Shown piece after piece: positions 30,971 through 45,981 of a stretch of DNA of 64,000 bases. Below the pieces are notes generated by a model. It was not told where the DNA came from, searched no databases, and saw nothing but the letters and a program-made list of their open reading frames with translations. The stretch is from a bacterium HR30 (GTDB taxonomy: Bacteria > Desulfobacterota > Binatia > HRBIN30): NCBI GenBank assembly GCA_002898795.1, contig BEIG01000002.1:380-64379 (forward strand), read 5' to 3'. Position 1 is the first letter of the stretch. Each line of letters begins with the position of its first letter. A program made the translations under genes and the position numbers.

Positions 30971-31915
30971 TCAGGGGTAAACTTGCACCCTCAGTCCCAC
31001 CTCGCAAATGCGGTCCGCAAGCGCACACAATGCCTCCGCGGTTAACGGTGCCAGGTGGCGTGCTTCCGGCTGGGCGGACGGGCGCGCCACTGTATACAAA
31101 AGCACGCCGCACAGTGGCACGGTCTGGCGCCACAAACGCTGCAGAAATTCCAGATAAGCTTCGATTTCTGCCTCGGGCGGCGGCGCCCCGTCCCAAGAAA
31201 ACATGCAGGTCTGGATCCAGGTGGGACAAAGCTCGGCACACATGGCCAGGTTTCGCTCCACGCGTTCTGGAGACATTCTTGTGCGGTTGACCTGCCACAG
31301 GCCTTCCCGCGTAACACGATCCACCTTGAACCAAACTTCGCCGGTGAGCGACGCGAGTCGTTCGATCCCCTGTCGCACCTCTGGGCGGTGAAGCTGGCTA
31401 CCGTTGGTGATCAAAATCGTCTTCACGCTCGCCCCGATCCCGAGACTTCCCCGCACACGCGCGATGGCCTGAATGACTTCGGGAAACTCGCGAGCGGTGG
31501 TGGGCTCGCCGTTTCCGGAAATCGCGATGTCTCGCAATTCCTGAAAACCAACGGGCAAGTGCCGCTCGAGGTAGTCGCCCCGCAGCACCTGGCCTAAAAA
31601 GGCTTCCAACTCCTCGCCGAGCTGCACGATGTCGATCGAGGGGGCAGCTCCCTTCCGTAAGCCTTCCACCTGGCAGTAAACGCAGCGCCAGTTACACGCG
31701 TTGTTCGGATTCAAATTCACGCCCACCGATAGCCCCCGGCTACGGCGCGACAGCACGGGGTAAACGTACCGTAGCCCCGCGCGCTCCCGCGAGTGGTCGG
31801 TTGTGGTCAGCACGGTCTGGTCCATTCCCTGCGGATTGCTTGTAGACGCCAGGCTTCGGGAAACAAGCACCTTGGCCCTTTGCTCGCCCCCACCTTGCCC
31901 GCCCGTCTTGAACAT
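30971..31915 (-). CDS. Radical SAM domain protein (function unknown), immediately upstream of and co-directional with the GH15-like gene
   Basis: CNWRCVYC 4Fe-4S cluster motif and SGNGEPT SAM-binding glycine motif. True start probably the internal ATG near 31823 (MDQTVL...). Confidence 0.6.
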   Translation of the reverse strand: MFKTGGQGGGEQRAKVLVSRSLASTSNPQGMDQTVLTTTDHSRERAGLRYVYPVLSRRSRGLSVGVNLNPNNACNWRCVYCQVEGLRKGAAPSIDIVQLGEELEAFLGQVLRGDYLERHLPVGFQELRDIAISGNGEPTTAREFPEVIQAIARVRGSLGIGASVKTILITNGSQLHRPEVRQGIERLASLTGEVWFKVDRVTREGLWQVNRTRMSPERVERNLAMCAELCPTWIQTCMFSWDGAPPPEAEIEAYLEFLQRLWRQTVPLCGVLLYTVARPSAQPEARHLAPLTAEALCALADRICEVGLRVQVYP

Positions 31916-31929
31916 ACTAAACGTTCAGT

Positions 31930-32568
31930 ATGCCCGCGCAGGCCCAGCCAACTCGGGAAAATCCACGTCGGGAGTTGCTGAACGTGGCCATCGATTGCTT
32001 TGCGAAGTACGGCTACGCAGCAACCTCGATCGATCGCATTGCCAAAGCGGCGGGCGTTACCAAGGGGGCCCTGTACTACCACTTCAAGGACAAAGAGGAG
32101 TTGCTGCTCGAGTCCGTGAAGCACCGGCTTGGCCAGTTCGAGCGACGGGTGGTCCAAGAAATCGCCACAATTGCCGACCCGGCGGAGTCGATTCGAACCC
32201 TCGGTCGCATTTGCCACGAACACGCCACCAAGAGCAACCACCGGCGCCTGATCGTTACCTTGATGGTGGAAGCGCTGGACACGTACCCCGCTTTGGAGCG
32301 GGTGTTTCGTGACATGATGGGGCGTTTCCGCGCGTTCGTGGCCAACTTGATCGAGCAGGGCAAGAAGCGGGGGCGTTTCCGCTCCGACGTGGACTCTCAG
32401 TTGGCTGCCGGAATGTTTGCCGGCGCCGTCATGGGACTGGAAATCCAGTACTACCAAGATCCGGCAAGCTTCGACTTGCGCCGCGCGCTCGAGGAAAGCT
32501 GCGAACAGTTTCTTGCCTGGCTCGCTCGGCGGGCCCGCGGAGCCAGGTGGAAACAAAGGAGGAGATAA
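31930..32568 (+). CDS. TetR-family transcriptional regulator
   Basis: N-terminal HTH YAATSIDRIAKAAGVTKGALYYHFKDKEEL; divergent from the radical-SAM gene. Confidence 0.85.
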   Translation: MPAQAQPTRENPRRELLNVAIDCFAKYGYAATSIDRIAKAAGVTKGALYYHFKDKEELLLESVKHRLGQFERRVVQEIATIADPAESIRTLGRICHEHATKSNHRRLIVTLMVEALDTYPALERVFRDMMGRFRAFVANLIEQGKKRGRFRSDVDSQLAAGMFAGAVMGLEIQYYQDPASFDLRRALEESCEQFLAWLARRARGARWKQRRR

Positions 32569-32571
32569 ACC

Positions 32572-33672
32572 ATGGTCAGTTTCGAACCCAGTGAAGAGCA
32601 ACGGCTCATCCGGGACACGGTGGCCACGTTCGCCCAGGAACAAGTGCGTCCCCAAGCCCGCGCCAGCGACGAAAGCGGCGAGATCCCCGCTGCCTTGATT
32701 CAACAGGGTTGGGAGCTTGGGCTGACACAAGCTGTGATCCCCGAAGAATACGGAGGAGCGGGTGAAGCCCACAGTGCGGTAACCAGTGTGTTGTTGATCG
32801 AGGAGCTTGCGTGGGCTGATTTGTCCATCGCCTGCCATTTGCTTGCACCTCGCCTCCTGGTGGTGCCGGTCATCGAAGCCGGAACCGAGGAGCAAAAACG
32901 GCGCTTGCTGCCGCGCTATACGCTCGACAGCTTCGTGCCGGCCACGGCGGCGGTGGTGGAACCGCGGTGGGACTTCGACTTGTCCTCCCTTTCCGTTACC
33001 GCAACCCCGCGGAACGGAAGCTACGTCCTTTCGGGCACCAAGTGTTTCGTCCCGCTCGCGGCCGACGCGGAGCACCTGGCAGTCTTCGCCCGCATCGGAG
33101 ATGGCGACGAGGTAGGCGTATTTCTCCTCGAACGCGGCACCGCGGGGATGACCATCCTCGAACGAGAGAAAAACATGGGCCTCAAAGGTCTGGCGACGTA
33201 CGAGGTGGCCTTCGACCAATGCCAAGTGCCTGTGGAGCAGCGGCTCGGCGGTGCGTCGGGTTGCGATGTGAATCGCCTGTTGAACTTGCAGCGCGTGGCC
33301 CTGGCGGCGGCCGCCGTCGGAGTGGCCCGGGCTTCGTTCGAGTATGCGCGCGATTACGCCAAGGAGCGCAAAGCCTTCGGGGTGGCCATCGCCCAGAAAC
33401 AAGCCATCGCCTTCATGCTTGCCGAGATGGCCATCGAGATCGACGCCGCGAGGTTGCTGACCTGGGAGGCCGCGTGGAAACTCGACCGGGGCGAAGACGC
33501 CACGCGCGAGGCCGTTCTGGCCAAGCAGTACGCGGCCAACATGGCCCTGATGGTGGCCGACCGCGGTGTCCAGATTCTCGGGGGCCATGGCTACATCCGC
33601 GACCACCTGGTGGAGTTATTCCTCCGCAATGCCCGCGGCTTTGCCACCTTCGAAGGGCTGCTGACCGCGTAA
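32572..33672 (+). CDS. Acyl-CoA dehydrogenase
   Basis: ACAD N/M/C domains; catalytic-region motifs ...ARDYAKERKAFG...QILGGHGY. Confidence 0.85.
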   Translation: MVSFEPSEEQRLIRDTVATFAQEQVRPQARASDESGEIPAALIQQGWELGLTQAVIPEEYGGAGEAHSAVTSVLLIEELAWADLSIACHLLAPRLLVVPVIEAGTEEQKRRLLPRYTLDSFVPATAAVVEPRWDFDLSSLSVTATPRNGSYVLSGTKCFVPLAADAEHLAVFARIGDGDEVGVFLLERGTAGMTILEREKNMGLKGLATYEVAFDQCQVPVEQRLGGASGCDVNRLLNLQRVALAAAAVGVARASFEYARDYAKERKAFGVAIAQKQAIAFMLAEMAIEIDAARLLTWEAAWKLDRGEDATREAVLAKQYAANMALMVADRGVQILGGHGYIRDHLVELFLRNARGFATFEGLLTA

Positions 33673-33699
33673 AACCCCACAGGAAAGGAGAGCAACGCC

Positions 33700-34923
<1,224 letters not shown>

Positions 34924-34997
34924 AGCGGCCGGGTCCAAAGCCGCCTTGCTCGATGCGCTTGCGTCGACACGTTCACCTGCAGTAGCTTGCGCGGCCT

Positions 34998-36119
34998 ATG
35001 GCGGCCACTCGGATCGGACTCATTGGCGCGGGCGTCATCGGCTCGACGCACGCGGCCGTACTGCAGCAAATTTGCGCGGCCCTTCCCGGCCGTGTGGAAT
35101 TGACCGCAGTGGCCGATCCAGACCCGCTGGCGCGCGAGCAAGCCGCAGCCACGTTTGGTTTCCGCCACGCGTTTGCGGACGGCCACGCCCTGCTCGACCA
35201 AGCCCTGGTTGACGCTGTGTTCGTTTGCCCTCCGACGGCCTTCCATGCCGAATTCGTGCTCCACGCGGCGCAGCGAAAAGTGGCCATTTTCTGCGAGAAG
35301 CCGCTTGCCATGTCGTACGCCGAAGGCGTTTCCATGGTCGAGGCCGTGCAGCGTTCTGGCGTGCCTCATCAGATTGGCTTGGTGCTGCGTTTTTCCGCGG
35401 TATACACGGTGATGCGCGAGATGCTCCGCGAGCCCGCGTTTGCCGAGCCGCTCGCCGTTGTCTTTCGCGACGACCAAGTGTTCCCTATCCGCGGAGTCCA
35501 CCACAGCCCCTGGCGGGCTGACCGGGCGCTCACCGCCGGCGGCACACTCATCGAACACGGTGTGCACGACCTCGATTTGCTCACCTGGATGTTCGGCCCA
35601 CCGACGCACCTCCAGGGCTGGATGCGCAACGTCACCGGCCACCCAGGAGTGGAAGATTACGTTGCGGTGGAGCTTCGTTTCGCGGGAGGACTTCAGGCGC
35701 AGCTTGTCAACGTGTGGCACGACATGGTGCAGCGACCATCCAATCGACGACTGGAGATTTTCGGGCGGCGCGGATTCGTTGCCAGCGACGCGGATTTTCT
35801 CGGCCCGATCCAGTGCCAAATCGGTGATGGGCCAGAAACCGAGATCGCCGCCGCAGAAGTTCTCGAACGGTTTCGCCGGGTTGTGCCGGTGGAACCTGCC
35901 CCACTCAGCGAACTAGCCGGCGTGGCTTATTTGGTGCAGGACTTGCGATTCCTCGAATCGCTATGGCAAGGGCGGACGCCATTCCCAGGGCTGGAAGTGG
36001 GTCTCGAAGCCCAACGTCTGGCCGAGGCTGCCTATCACTCCGCGCGCACGGGCCAACCGGTGGAGTTAGCGAGCTTCCCCTCTGCCGAGAAGCTGGAGCG
36101 CTCGCGTAAGTCCGCTTAG
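34998..36119 (+). CDS. Gfo/Idh/MocA-family NAD(P)-dependent oxidoreductase
   Basis: N-terminal Rossmann IGLIGAGVIGSTHA and a conserved EKP motif (FCEKPLAM). Confidence 0.75.
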   Translation: MAATRIGLIGAGVIGSTHAAVLQQICAALPGRVELTAVADPDPLAREQAAATFGFRHAFADGHALLDQALVDAVFVCPPTAFHAEFVLHAAQRKVAIFCEKPLAMSYAEGVSMVEAVQRSGVPHQIGLVLRFSAVYTVMREMLREPAFAEPLAVVFRDDQVFPIRGVHHSPWRADRALTAGGTLIEHGVHDLDLLTWMFGPPTHLQGWMRNVTGHPGVEDYVAVELRFAGGLQAQLVNVWHDMVQRPSNRRLEIFGRRGFVASDADFLGPIQCQIGDGPETEIAAAEVLERFRRVVPVEPAPLSELAGVAYLVQDLRFLESLWQGRTPFPGLEVGLEAQRLAEAAYHSARTGQPVELASFPSAEKLERSRKSA

Positions 36120-36198
36120 AAGCCTGCGCCCCTGCCGAGGCACTACCCTTGGCCGGAACGCTTGCCTGTGGCAAACGTTGCCGACGGAGGAAGTAGCC

Positions 36199-36999
36199 AT
36201 GCCGAAGCTCGAGTCGTTCGCGGGCATCCGTGCCGTGATCACCGGTGCATCCAGCGGCATCGGGGAGCTGTTGGCCCGGCGCTTAGCTCAAGAAGGCGCT
36301 CATGTTGCCCTGGTGGCAAGGCGCAAGGCGGATCTCGAGCGCGTCGCTGCCAGCCTGGTCAATGGTGGCGCACGGGCTCTGGTGGTGCCAGCCGACGTAG
36401 CGCGGCGCGACGAGGTGTTCGCCGCAGCGGAGCGTATCCTCGGCGAGTTCGGTGGCGTCGACCTACTCGTGAACAACGCTGGCTATGGGGGGCACCGGCG
36501 GTTTGTCGACTGGGACCTCGACGATATCGAGCGCATCATGCAGGTGAACTACTTTGGCACGGTGTATTGGACCAAGGCCTTGCTTCCGAAAATGATCGAG
36601 CAACGTCGCGGCTGGATCGTTGTCATGGCCTCGGTTGCCGGCAAACTGGGCGTGCCCGATGAAAGTGCGTATGCAGCGACGAAGTTCGCGCAGGTGGGGC
36701 TTGCCGAGGCGCTTTCTTACGAAGTGGAAGACTTTGGCGTCCACGTTCTCACTGTCTGCCCCGGCGCCGTAGACACGCCCTTCTTCGACGAGCAAGCTCG
36801 TCGGCGCATGCCCGACGTGGCCAAACGCCTGATGATTCCGCCGCAACGCGTGGTCGACGCCACGATCCGTGCGCTGCGGAGAGGAAAGCGCGAGATTACC
36901 GTGCCAGGCTTTATCCGGCTGAGTTATATCGTTCGGGCGGTGGCACCGGGCATGTTGCGTCGCAATACGAAACGAGTGGCCATGCCGCCGGCTCCGTGA
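36199..36999 (+). CDS. Short-chain dehydrogenase/reductase (SDR)
   Basis: TGASSGIG cofactor motif, NNAG, and a catalytic YAATK (YxxxK). Start at the ATG after GGAGG. Confidence 0.85.
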   Translation: MPKLESFAGIRAVITGASSGIGELLARRLAQEGAHVALVARRKADLERVAASLVNGGARALVVPADVARRDEVFAAAERILGEFGGVDLLVNNAGYGGHRRFVDWDLDDIERIMQVNYFGTVYWTKALLPKMIEQRRGWIVVMASVAGKLGVPDESAYAATKFAQVGLAEALSYEVEDFGVHVLTVCPGAVDTPFFDEQARRRMPDVAKRLMIPPQRVVDATIRALRRGKREITVPGFIRLSYIVRAVAPGMLRRNTKRVAMPPAP

Positions 37000-37015
37000 C
37001 CGTGTTGCACGGGAA

Positions 37016-37267
37016 ATGCCGCAAAACTATATGCGGCAAGCTTTGCAACCCATGTCTCGCGCAACAGCTACTGCCCTAGCCATCGTACGAGTGCCCAAGG
37101 GTGCGCCCCGCCCTTCGGACGAGGAGTTTCGCCGCGCTTTGGAGGAAGATCGCAACCAGTTGCATCTCGAACCCAATCCAGAGATTCGGGACTTTTTCGT
37201 CGCCGGGCCGTTTTCCATCACCCTCGATGGCCAAGACTTCGATGAGTACGTCGTGTGGGAACGCTAG
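37016..37267 (+). CDS. Small hypothetical protein (83 aa)
   Basis: Only ORF with protein-like composition in this gap. No RBS evident. Confidence 0.3.
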   Translation: MPQNYMRQALQPMSRATATALAIVRVPKGAPRPSDEEFRRALEEDRNQLHLEPNPEIRDFFVAGPFSITLDGQDFDEYVVWER

Positions 37268-38496
37268 GGCCAATTTCACGTTTGGCTCCAACCGCCTTGC
37301 CCTCGCCATGCGATGCCGGCCATGACGCCTGCCAAACCGCGGTGCGACCAGCAGCTCATCACCGCTCTACCGCGTGAGCGACGCCCCCGCAGCGAGCGGT
37401 GAGCCTCCCTCGTCGGTGTTCCCGCCGCTCCTTGGCTACACTACCGCCAACTCGCAAAGCCGTCGTCTTTTCGTGAATCGTCGGCCCGAACTTCGTGCGT
37501 GTTAAGCCGGAGCACCTGCAGGCAGGGGCGCAACCCAGGAGGAGACCGGCAAACGGGCGAACGGCTTTGCGCGGCTCAGCCGGGGGAGTGGGCACACCGC
37601 AAAGGCGGTGGTCGGGGCAGCCCATATCTCCCGACCCGACGGTGCCTGACAGTCCGGGTGCAGCGCCGCGCGTTCTTGCCGCTGGTCAACCAGCCTGCGG
37701 GTTCGCAACGCCTCGCCTCAGCGATCGCCGCGGTCCCCCGTTCTTGGTCTCGGGCTCCGTGCAATCCGTGCTTCACTGAGTCCTCGGGCACTCCTTCACC
37801 ATTCAGCTCCGTTTCCCGGCGTGCGCCGCATGACCCGGAACAGCCGCAAAGCGTTGCGACCCGTTAGACTGCGGTCGAGACATCCGCTTCCCCAGGGTCG
37901 GCCCACCTGCCTAGTCCGCCGCCGGCATATCGCCCCGGGGGGCGTTCTTCGGAGGGCACTGGTCCTAGAAAGTTCTCGACACTCCCACATCAACGCCCCG
38001 GTTCATTCGGCGCTTGCCTGAAACTGGCAGCCAACGTCGGCCATCCCCCAGGGTCCCAAGCCCTTTGTCTACGCTCCAAAACGCCTCCACCCCAAGGTGT
38101 GTTGCGGCCGACCCACGAATCGGCCTCGAAAGTCGCTTGCACCTGTGTCGAAGCCACCTTAACCCACCGAGCCCAGGGGCAGCACTTGCGCTCGCACCTC
38201 GACGTGCACCCGCCGGCAAAAGCACGACTCGAGTAGGATACCCACAAGACCTCGGTCAGGACCTCCCCTCTCGAACAACAACGCGCGGATGGAGGCACGC
38301 CTACTAGGATTATCGGCACACTTGCTCGGTTCAGAAGCCTGCGGGCACCGTAGCATCGTGATGCGATGGAGGCGGCTCACGCGGAGTTTCTCGCGGGGGT
38401 GCCATTTAGCTTCGGCTCCGCGGTTCACTTGGTCGCCAAACTTGCGCCTCTTTCCCGCCGGCCAACCCTGCGCTAGCAGGCGATCAAGGACTGGCC
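37268..38496. other. 1.2-kb ORF-free GC-rich intergenic tract (candidate structured RNA or decayed gene)
   Basis: All six frames give short junk ORFs. Flanked by co-directional + strand genes. Confidence 0.45.
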
Positions 38497-39552
38497 ATGG
38501 CGGAGGGGAGCCGGCCTAGGCGGCAGCGCAAAGTACGCACACGGCGGGCACAAAGCCGCACCCGCGGTGGCGGTGTGCACTGGCTGGGATCGAAGTGGAG
38601 AGAGGCATGTCTCTTCGTTGGAGAGTGGCTCTCGCTGACTGTTGCCGCCTGCGCTGGTGCGTTGTGGGTGTTCGGGAAGGTGTTTCCCTGGCTGTGGTCC
38701 CTTCGGCCTCCATGGCTACGTTTTACGGCGAGCATCGTTGGGGCCTTCCTCGCCGCGGTCGTGGTCGTGGCGAGCTGGTCGTTGTTGCGAGTGCGGTTGA
38801 GCAAAGCTCACCGCTGGCTCCCCGTTGGTGTGGCATGCCTACTGGCGGTGGGGGCATGGTCGTTCATTCGGAGCGAGAGCGCCTTTCAGGGGTACGAACA
38901 ACTCAAACGGCAGCTTTCCGAACGGGAGGAAGGCGAGCGAGCGCGCATTGCCCATCAGGTTTACGCCGCCTACCGCCGAGCGAAGCTCGAGGACCTCGCC
39001 CTGCTTTTGCGCCGCGCTCAGCCCTACCTTCCGGCGATCGAGGAGGCGGCCGCACGTTTCAACCTCCCCGCAGAACTCCTCGTCGGTATTGGGGCTACTG
39101 AATCGTCTTTTCTGCCCCGCACGAGCCGCGATGGCGGGCGCGGGCTATTCCAAATCACCGCACCGCCCGAGGCGGCTCGCCGCGTGGCTGAACGCACCTT
39201 GGGAACACGTTCTCTCGATCTCGAAAACGCGCGCCACAACGCTTTTCTCGCGGCCGCAACCTTGCAGTACTACTGGCAGCAACAAAACGGCGACCTGTTC
39301 TTGGCTCTGCTGGCCTACAACATCGGCCCCACTAACGGAGGGCTCTTGCACATCATGCAGCGGTATGGAGCCAAAGACTTCCTCACCATTCAGCCCTACC
39401 TCCAGGCGCTTCCCGCCGATTACCCCATTCGCGTCCTTACGGCGGCGTTGGCCTATCGACTGTGGCTCCGGTATGGAGAACTGTTGCGCTACGAGCTCGG
39501 CGACAACGCCCGCAAGATTCAAGAACTCGGTATTCCGGGGTTAGACCTTTGA
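38497..39552 (+). CDS. Membrane-anchored lytic transglycosylase (SLT domain)
   Basis: N-terminal TM helices; SLT catalytic motifs GIGATESSF...GLFQI...AYNIGP. Confidence 0.75.
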   Translation: MAEGSRPRRQRKVRTRRAQSRTRGGGVHWLGSKWREACLFVGEWLSLTVAACAGALWVFGKVFPWLWSLRPPWLRFTASIVGAFLAAVVVVASWSLLRVRLSKAHRWLPVGVACLLAVGAWSFIRSESAFQGYEQLKRQLSEREEGERARIAHQVYAAYRRAKLEDLALLLRRAQPYLPAIEEAAARFNLPAELLVGIGATESSFLPRTSRDGGRGLFQITAPPEAARRVAERTLGTRSLDLENARHNAFLAAATLQYYWQQQNGDLFLALLAYNIGPTNGGLLHIMQRYGAKDFLTIQPYLQALPADYPIRVLTAALAYRLWLRYGELLRYELGDNARKIQELGIPGLDL

Positions 39553-39726
39553 TCCCGCGTGGCAAGCGCGGCCAACCACCTCGGACCGCCACACTTCCCC
39601 GCACCCTCGCCTTGCCCGCCGCGTCGCCGGCTCAGACGTGAAGAGTAAAGCCCTCAACGGGTACCCCCCAGCGGCTCGCGTCGCGCACGGTGCTTTTGCA
39701 CCGCACCTTCGCAAACGCACAGCCGT

Positions 39727-42228
39727 TCAATGAACCCCACTTCCGTCAGCTTCGCTCCCTTCAGCCCCGTTTCCGTTCGTGCGGTTTTCCGCCTCGGCAT
39801 CGCGTTCGGCAAGCCGGGCCACGGCAACCACCCGCTCCTCGCTATCGAGTTCGATCAACCGCACCCCTTGGGTGTTCCGCCCGATCACCGAGACGTCGCG
39901 CACCGGAAAGCGAATCACTCGCCCGCTGTCAGTCACCAGCATCACTTCGTCTTCGTCGCGCACCATTTGCACGCCGACCACTTTCCCCGTGCGCCCCGTA
40001 ACCTTCATCGTGATGATGCCTTTGCCCCCGCGGGCCTGCACCCGGTATTCGTCCATGGATGTGCGCTTGCCGAAGCCGCGCTCCGACACGGCAAGTAACG
40101 TTGCCGACGGGTCGACAACGTCGAGGCCCACCACGGCGTCGCCCTCTTCCAAAGTAATCCCGCGTACCCCGGCAGCTGGGCGACCCATGGGCCGAACTTC
40201 CTCTTCGCGAAAGCGGATGGACTGTCCGGCTGCGGTCGACAAGATGATCTCGCGTTGCCCGTCGGTGAGCCTTACCCCAATGACCTCGTCCCCTTCCTCC
40301 AAGGAAATCGCCGTGATCCCCGCGCGGCGCGGGTTGGAAAACGCGGCCAAGGGTGTCTTCTTCACCGTGCCTCGCCGAGTGGCAAAGAACACATACGCCT
40401 CTTCCGCAAAACTGCGAACCGGTAGCAGCGCGGAAATTTTCTCCTCGCCGCTCAACTCGAGCAAATTGACGATCGCCTTGCCCCGCCCGGCCCGCGCCGC
40501 TTGGGGGATTTCGTACACTTTGAGCCAAAACACCTTACCCGAAGTGGTGAACACGAGCAGATACGCGTGGGTGGAGGCGGTAAAGAGATGTTCGACGAAG
40601 TCTTCCTCACGTGTCGTTGCCCCAATGAGCCCGCGCCCGCCGCGGCGCTGCGATCGATACTCGCTTAGCGGACTGCGCTTGACGTACCCGGCGTGGGAAA
40701 TCGTCACCACGACCTCCTCGTCGGCGATCAAATCCTCCGTGGAGAGTTCTTCTGCGGCATCGACGATATCCGTGCGCCGGGCGTCGCCATACTGCTGTTG
40801 GATCTCGCGCAACTCCTGCACGATCAGGGCGGAGACCTCCCGCGGGTCGGCGAGAATTTTCCGGTACCGACCGATCCGTTCGATCACTTCCTCCCGTTCC
40901 TGCAAGAGCTTTTCTCGCTCGAGGTTGGTCAGCCGCTGCAGGCGCATGTCGAGGATCGCTTGTGCCTGGCGCTCGCTCAAACCTAAACGCTCCATCAAGC
41001 CGGCGCGGGCCGCTGCTGGATCGGCTGCTCCGCGAATGAGCTGAATGACCTCGTCCAAACGATCCAGTGCCGCCTTCAGTCCGTCCAGGATATGGAGCCG
41101 CTCTTCGGCCTGGCGCAGCTCGAATACCGTGCGGCGAACGATGACGTGCCGGCGATGGTCGAGAAACACCAACAGCGCCTCGCGCAGGTTCAAAAGCCGC
41201 GGGCGCCGATCGACGATCGCGAGCATCGTGACGTTGAAATTCGTCTGCAGGTCGGACAGCTTGTAGAGTTGATTCAGCACCACCTCGGCCACCGCATCGC
41301 GCTTCAGCTCGACCACGATTCTCAAGCCATCGCGGTCCGACTCGTCTCGCAGGTCCGCAATCCCGGTCACCCGCTTTTCGTTCACCAGCTCCGCGATCCG
41401 CTCGATCAGGCGAGCCTTGTTCATCTGGTAGGGGATCTCCGTAATCACGATACTTTGGCGGCCGCTTTTCGGCTCCGTCTCGATGCTAGCCCGGCCCCGC
41501 ACGGGTATGCTGCCCCGGCCTGTTCGGTACGCCTCGCGGATGCCTTCGCGGCCAAGGATCAACCCGCCCGTGGGAAAGTCGGGCCCGGCAACGTACTCCA
41601 TGAGCTCTTCCACACCCAAGTCCGGTCGCTCCACCAAGGCCACGAGCGCATCGATCACCTCGCTCAGGTTATGCGGTGGAATGCTCGTCGCCATGCCCAC
41701 GGCGATGCCAGCGGCGCCGTTGATCAACAGATTCGGGACACGGGAAGGCAGGACCAGAGGTTCTTGTAACGTTTCGTCGTAGTTGGGAACGAAGTCGACG
41801 GTCTCCTTGTCAATATCCGCCAGCAGCTCGCCGGCGATCCGCGCCATGCGAATTTCCGTGTATCGCATGGCCGCCGGCGGGTCCCCATCGATGGAACCAA
41901 AGTTTCCCTGGCCATCGATTAGCGGGTACCGCATGGAGAAATCCTGCGCCATGCGGGCCACCGCCTCGTACACAGGGGCATCACCGTGCGGGTGGTACTT
42001 ACCGATCACGTCGCCCACCACGCGCGCAGATTTCTTGTACGGCTTGTTCCAGTCGTTGCCCAAATCGTACATCGCATACAGGATGCGACGCTGTACCGGC
42101 TTCAAGCCATCTCGCGCATCGGGAACAGCACGGCTGATGATGACCGAGAGCGCGTAGTCCATGAAGGACTGGCGCATTTCATCCTCGATGTTCACAGGGA
42201 TGCGATGACCCTTTTCTACTTGCTCCAT
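39727..42228 (-). CDS. gyrA: DNA gyrase subunit A
   Basis: 833 aa; active-site region AMRYTE; C-terminal beta-pinwheel repeats. Confidence 0.95.
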   Translation of the reverse strand: MEQVEKGHRIPVNIEDEMRQSFMDYALSVIISRAVPDARDGLKPVQRRILYAMYDLGNDWNKPYKKSARVVGDVIGKYHPHGDAPVYEAVARMAQDFSMRYPLIDGQGNFGSIDGDPPAAMRYTEIRMARIAGELLADIDKETVDFVPNYDETLQEPLVLPSRVPNLLINGAAGIAVGMATSIPPHNLSEVIDALVALVERPDLGVEELMEYVAGPDFPTGGLILGREGIREAYRTGRGSIPVRGRASIETEPKSGRQSIVITEIPYQMNKARLIERIAELVNEKRVTGIADLRDESDRDGLRIVVELKRDAVAEVVLNQLYKLSDLQTNFNVTMLAIVDRRPRLLNLREALLVFLDHRRHVIVRRTVFELRQAEERLHILDGLKAALDRLDEVIQLIRGAADPAAARAGLMERLGLSERQAQAILDMRLQRLTNLEREKLLQEREEVIERIGRYRKILADPREVSALIVQELREIQQQYGDARRTDIVDAAEELSTEDLIADEEVVVTISHAGYVKRSPLSEYRSQRRGGRGLIGATTREEDFVEHLFTASTHAYLLVFTTSGKVFWLKVYEIPQAARAGRGKAIVNLLELSGEEKISALLPVRSFAEEAYVFFATRRGTVKKTPLAAFSNPRRAGITAISLEEGDEVIGVRLTDGQREIILSTAAGQSIRFREEEVRPMGRPAAGVRGITLEEGDAVVGLDVVDPSATLLAVSERGFGKRTSMDEYRVQARGGKGIITMKVTGRTGKVVGVQMVRDEDEVMLVTDSGRVIRFPVRDVSVIGRNTQGVRLIELDSEERVVAVARLAERDAEAENRTNGNGAEGSEADGSGVH

Positions 42229-42256
42229 AAGATGCTCGTTCGTCCCTCGCGCCGAC

Positions 42257-44830
<2,574 letters not shown>

Positions 44831-44868
44831 TCAAAACACTTTTTTGTCTCCGCCGTGGCCGCACCACT

Positions 44869-45981
44869 TTAGCTAAGCCGCATCGGCATCAGGACGTAGA
44901 GAAACTCCGGCTCCTCGGGCACGCGAAAAACCGTCGGCGACTCATCGTCCTGCAACCCTACTTCGACCGTGCTGTCGCCAGGAAACAAGCTCAGCACATC
45001 CAGTAGGTACCGAGCATTGAACCCGATCGTAAATGTTTCGCCGGAGTAGTTTGCTTCGACCTCCTCGTGGGCCTCACCTAACTCCGGGTTTCTTGCCGAT
45101 AGCTCTACCTTTCCTGCGTCGAACGTCAGCCGCACAGGGTGAGTCTGCTCGGCAGCCAGAACCGCCACCCGGCGCAATGCTTGGCTCCACGGACCGTTTG
45201 CAATGGTAAGCAAATGAGCAGTCTCGCGTGGAATCACCGCCTCGTAACTCGGAAAGTCCGCTTGTACCGTACGCATGGCCAGCTCCACATCGCCAGCAGT
45301 GAGAAACACTACCCCACTCCCGAACGTAAGCTGTACCTCGCCGCTTAAGCCATCGAGCACCTTCATCATTTCGGTAACAGCCTTGCGTGGCAGGATAACA
45401 CCTGGCTCTGGTCGCACTCCCTTGAGCGCGCGACTCACAAGGCTTAAGCGGTGCCCATCCGACGCGACGACGTGAAGTAAACCATCGCGTCGCTCAAAGC
45501 ACACGCCGCACAGTGCTGGCCGGGCCTCGTCGGACGACGCGGCGAACAGCGTCAACTCCAACATCCGCCGTAACACCTCGGCGTCGACACTCAGTTGTGC
45601 CTTGCTCTTTACGTCAGGCACGGCCGGCATGGCCGGGAACTCACTGGGTTCTATCCCCACAATGCGAAACTGTGACTTGCCCTGTTTTACCTCCAGATGG
45701 TGGCGTTCGTCGCTGCGGAGTTCGATCTCTCCATCGCTCAGGGAGCGTATGATCTCGTACAGCACACGTGCATTTGCTGTTGCAGCACCTCTTTTCGTCA
45801 CCGCAGCACCGCAGCGACGACGTAACCCTATTTCCTGGTCGGTAGCGAGGATCGTAGCGTCACGGTTACCAACCTGAATGAGCACGTGGGCCAGTACGGG
45901 CAAGGTGACCCGACGATCTACGATACCTTGCGCAAGGTAGAGAGCGCCAAGAAGATCGTCCTTCGTCATTCGGCATTCCAT
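44869..45981 (-). CDS. dnaN: DNA polymerase III beta sliding clamp
   Basis: Start reassigned to the ATG (MECRMTKDDLLGAL...) preceded by AGGAGA; the 78 upstream codons of the ORF are non-coding-like. Three clamp domains. Confidence 0.85.
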   Translation of the reverse strand: MECRMTKDDLLGALYLAQGIVDRRVTLPVLAHVLIQVGNRDATILATDQEIGLRRRCGAAVTKRGAATANARVLYEIIRSLSDGEIELRSDERHHLEVKQGKSQFRIVGIEPSEFPAMPAVPDVKSKAQLSVDAEVLRRMLELTLFAASSDEARPALCGVCFERRDGLLHVVASDGHRLSLVSRALKGVRPEPGVILPRKAVTEMMKVLDGLSGEVQLTFGSGVVFLTAGDVELAMRTVQADFPSYEAVIPRETAHLLTIANGPWSQALRRVAVLAAEQTHPVRLTFDAGKVELSARNPELGEAHEEVEANYSGETFTIGFNARYLLDVLSLFPGDSTVEVGLQDDESPTVFRVPEEPEFLYVLMPMRLS

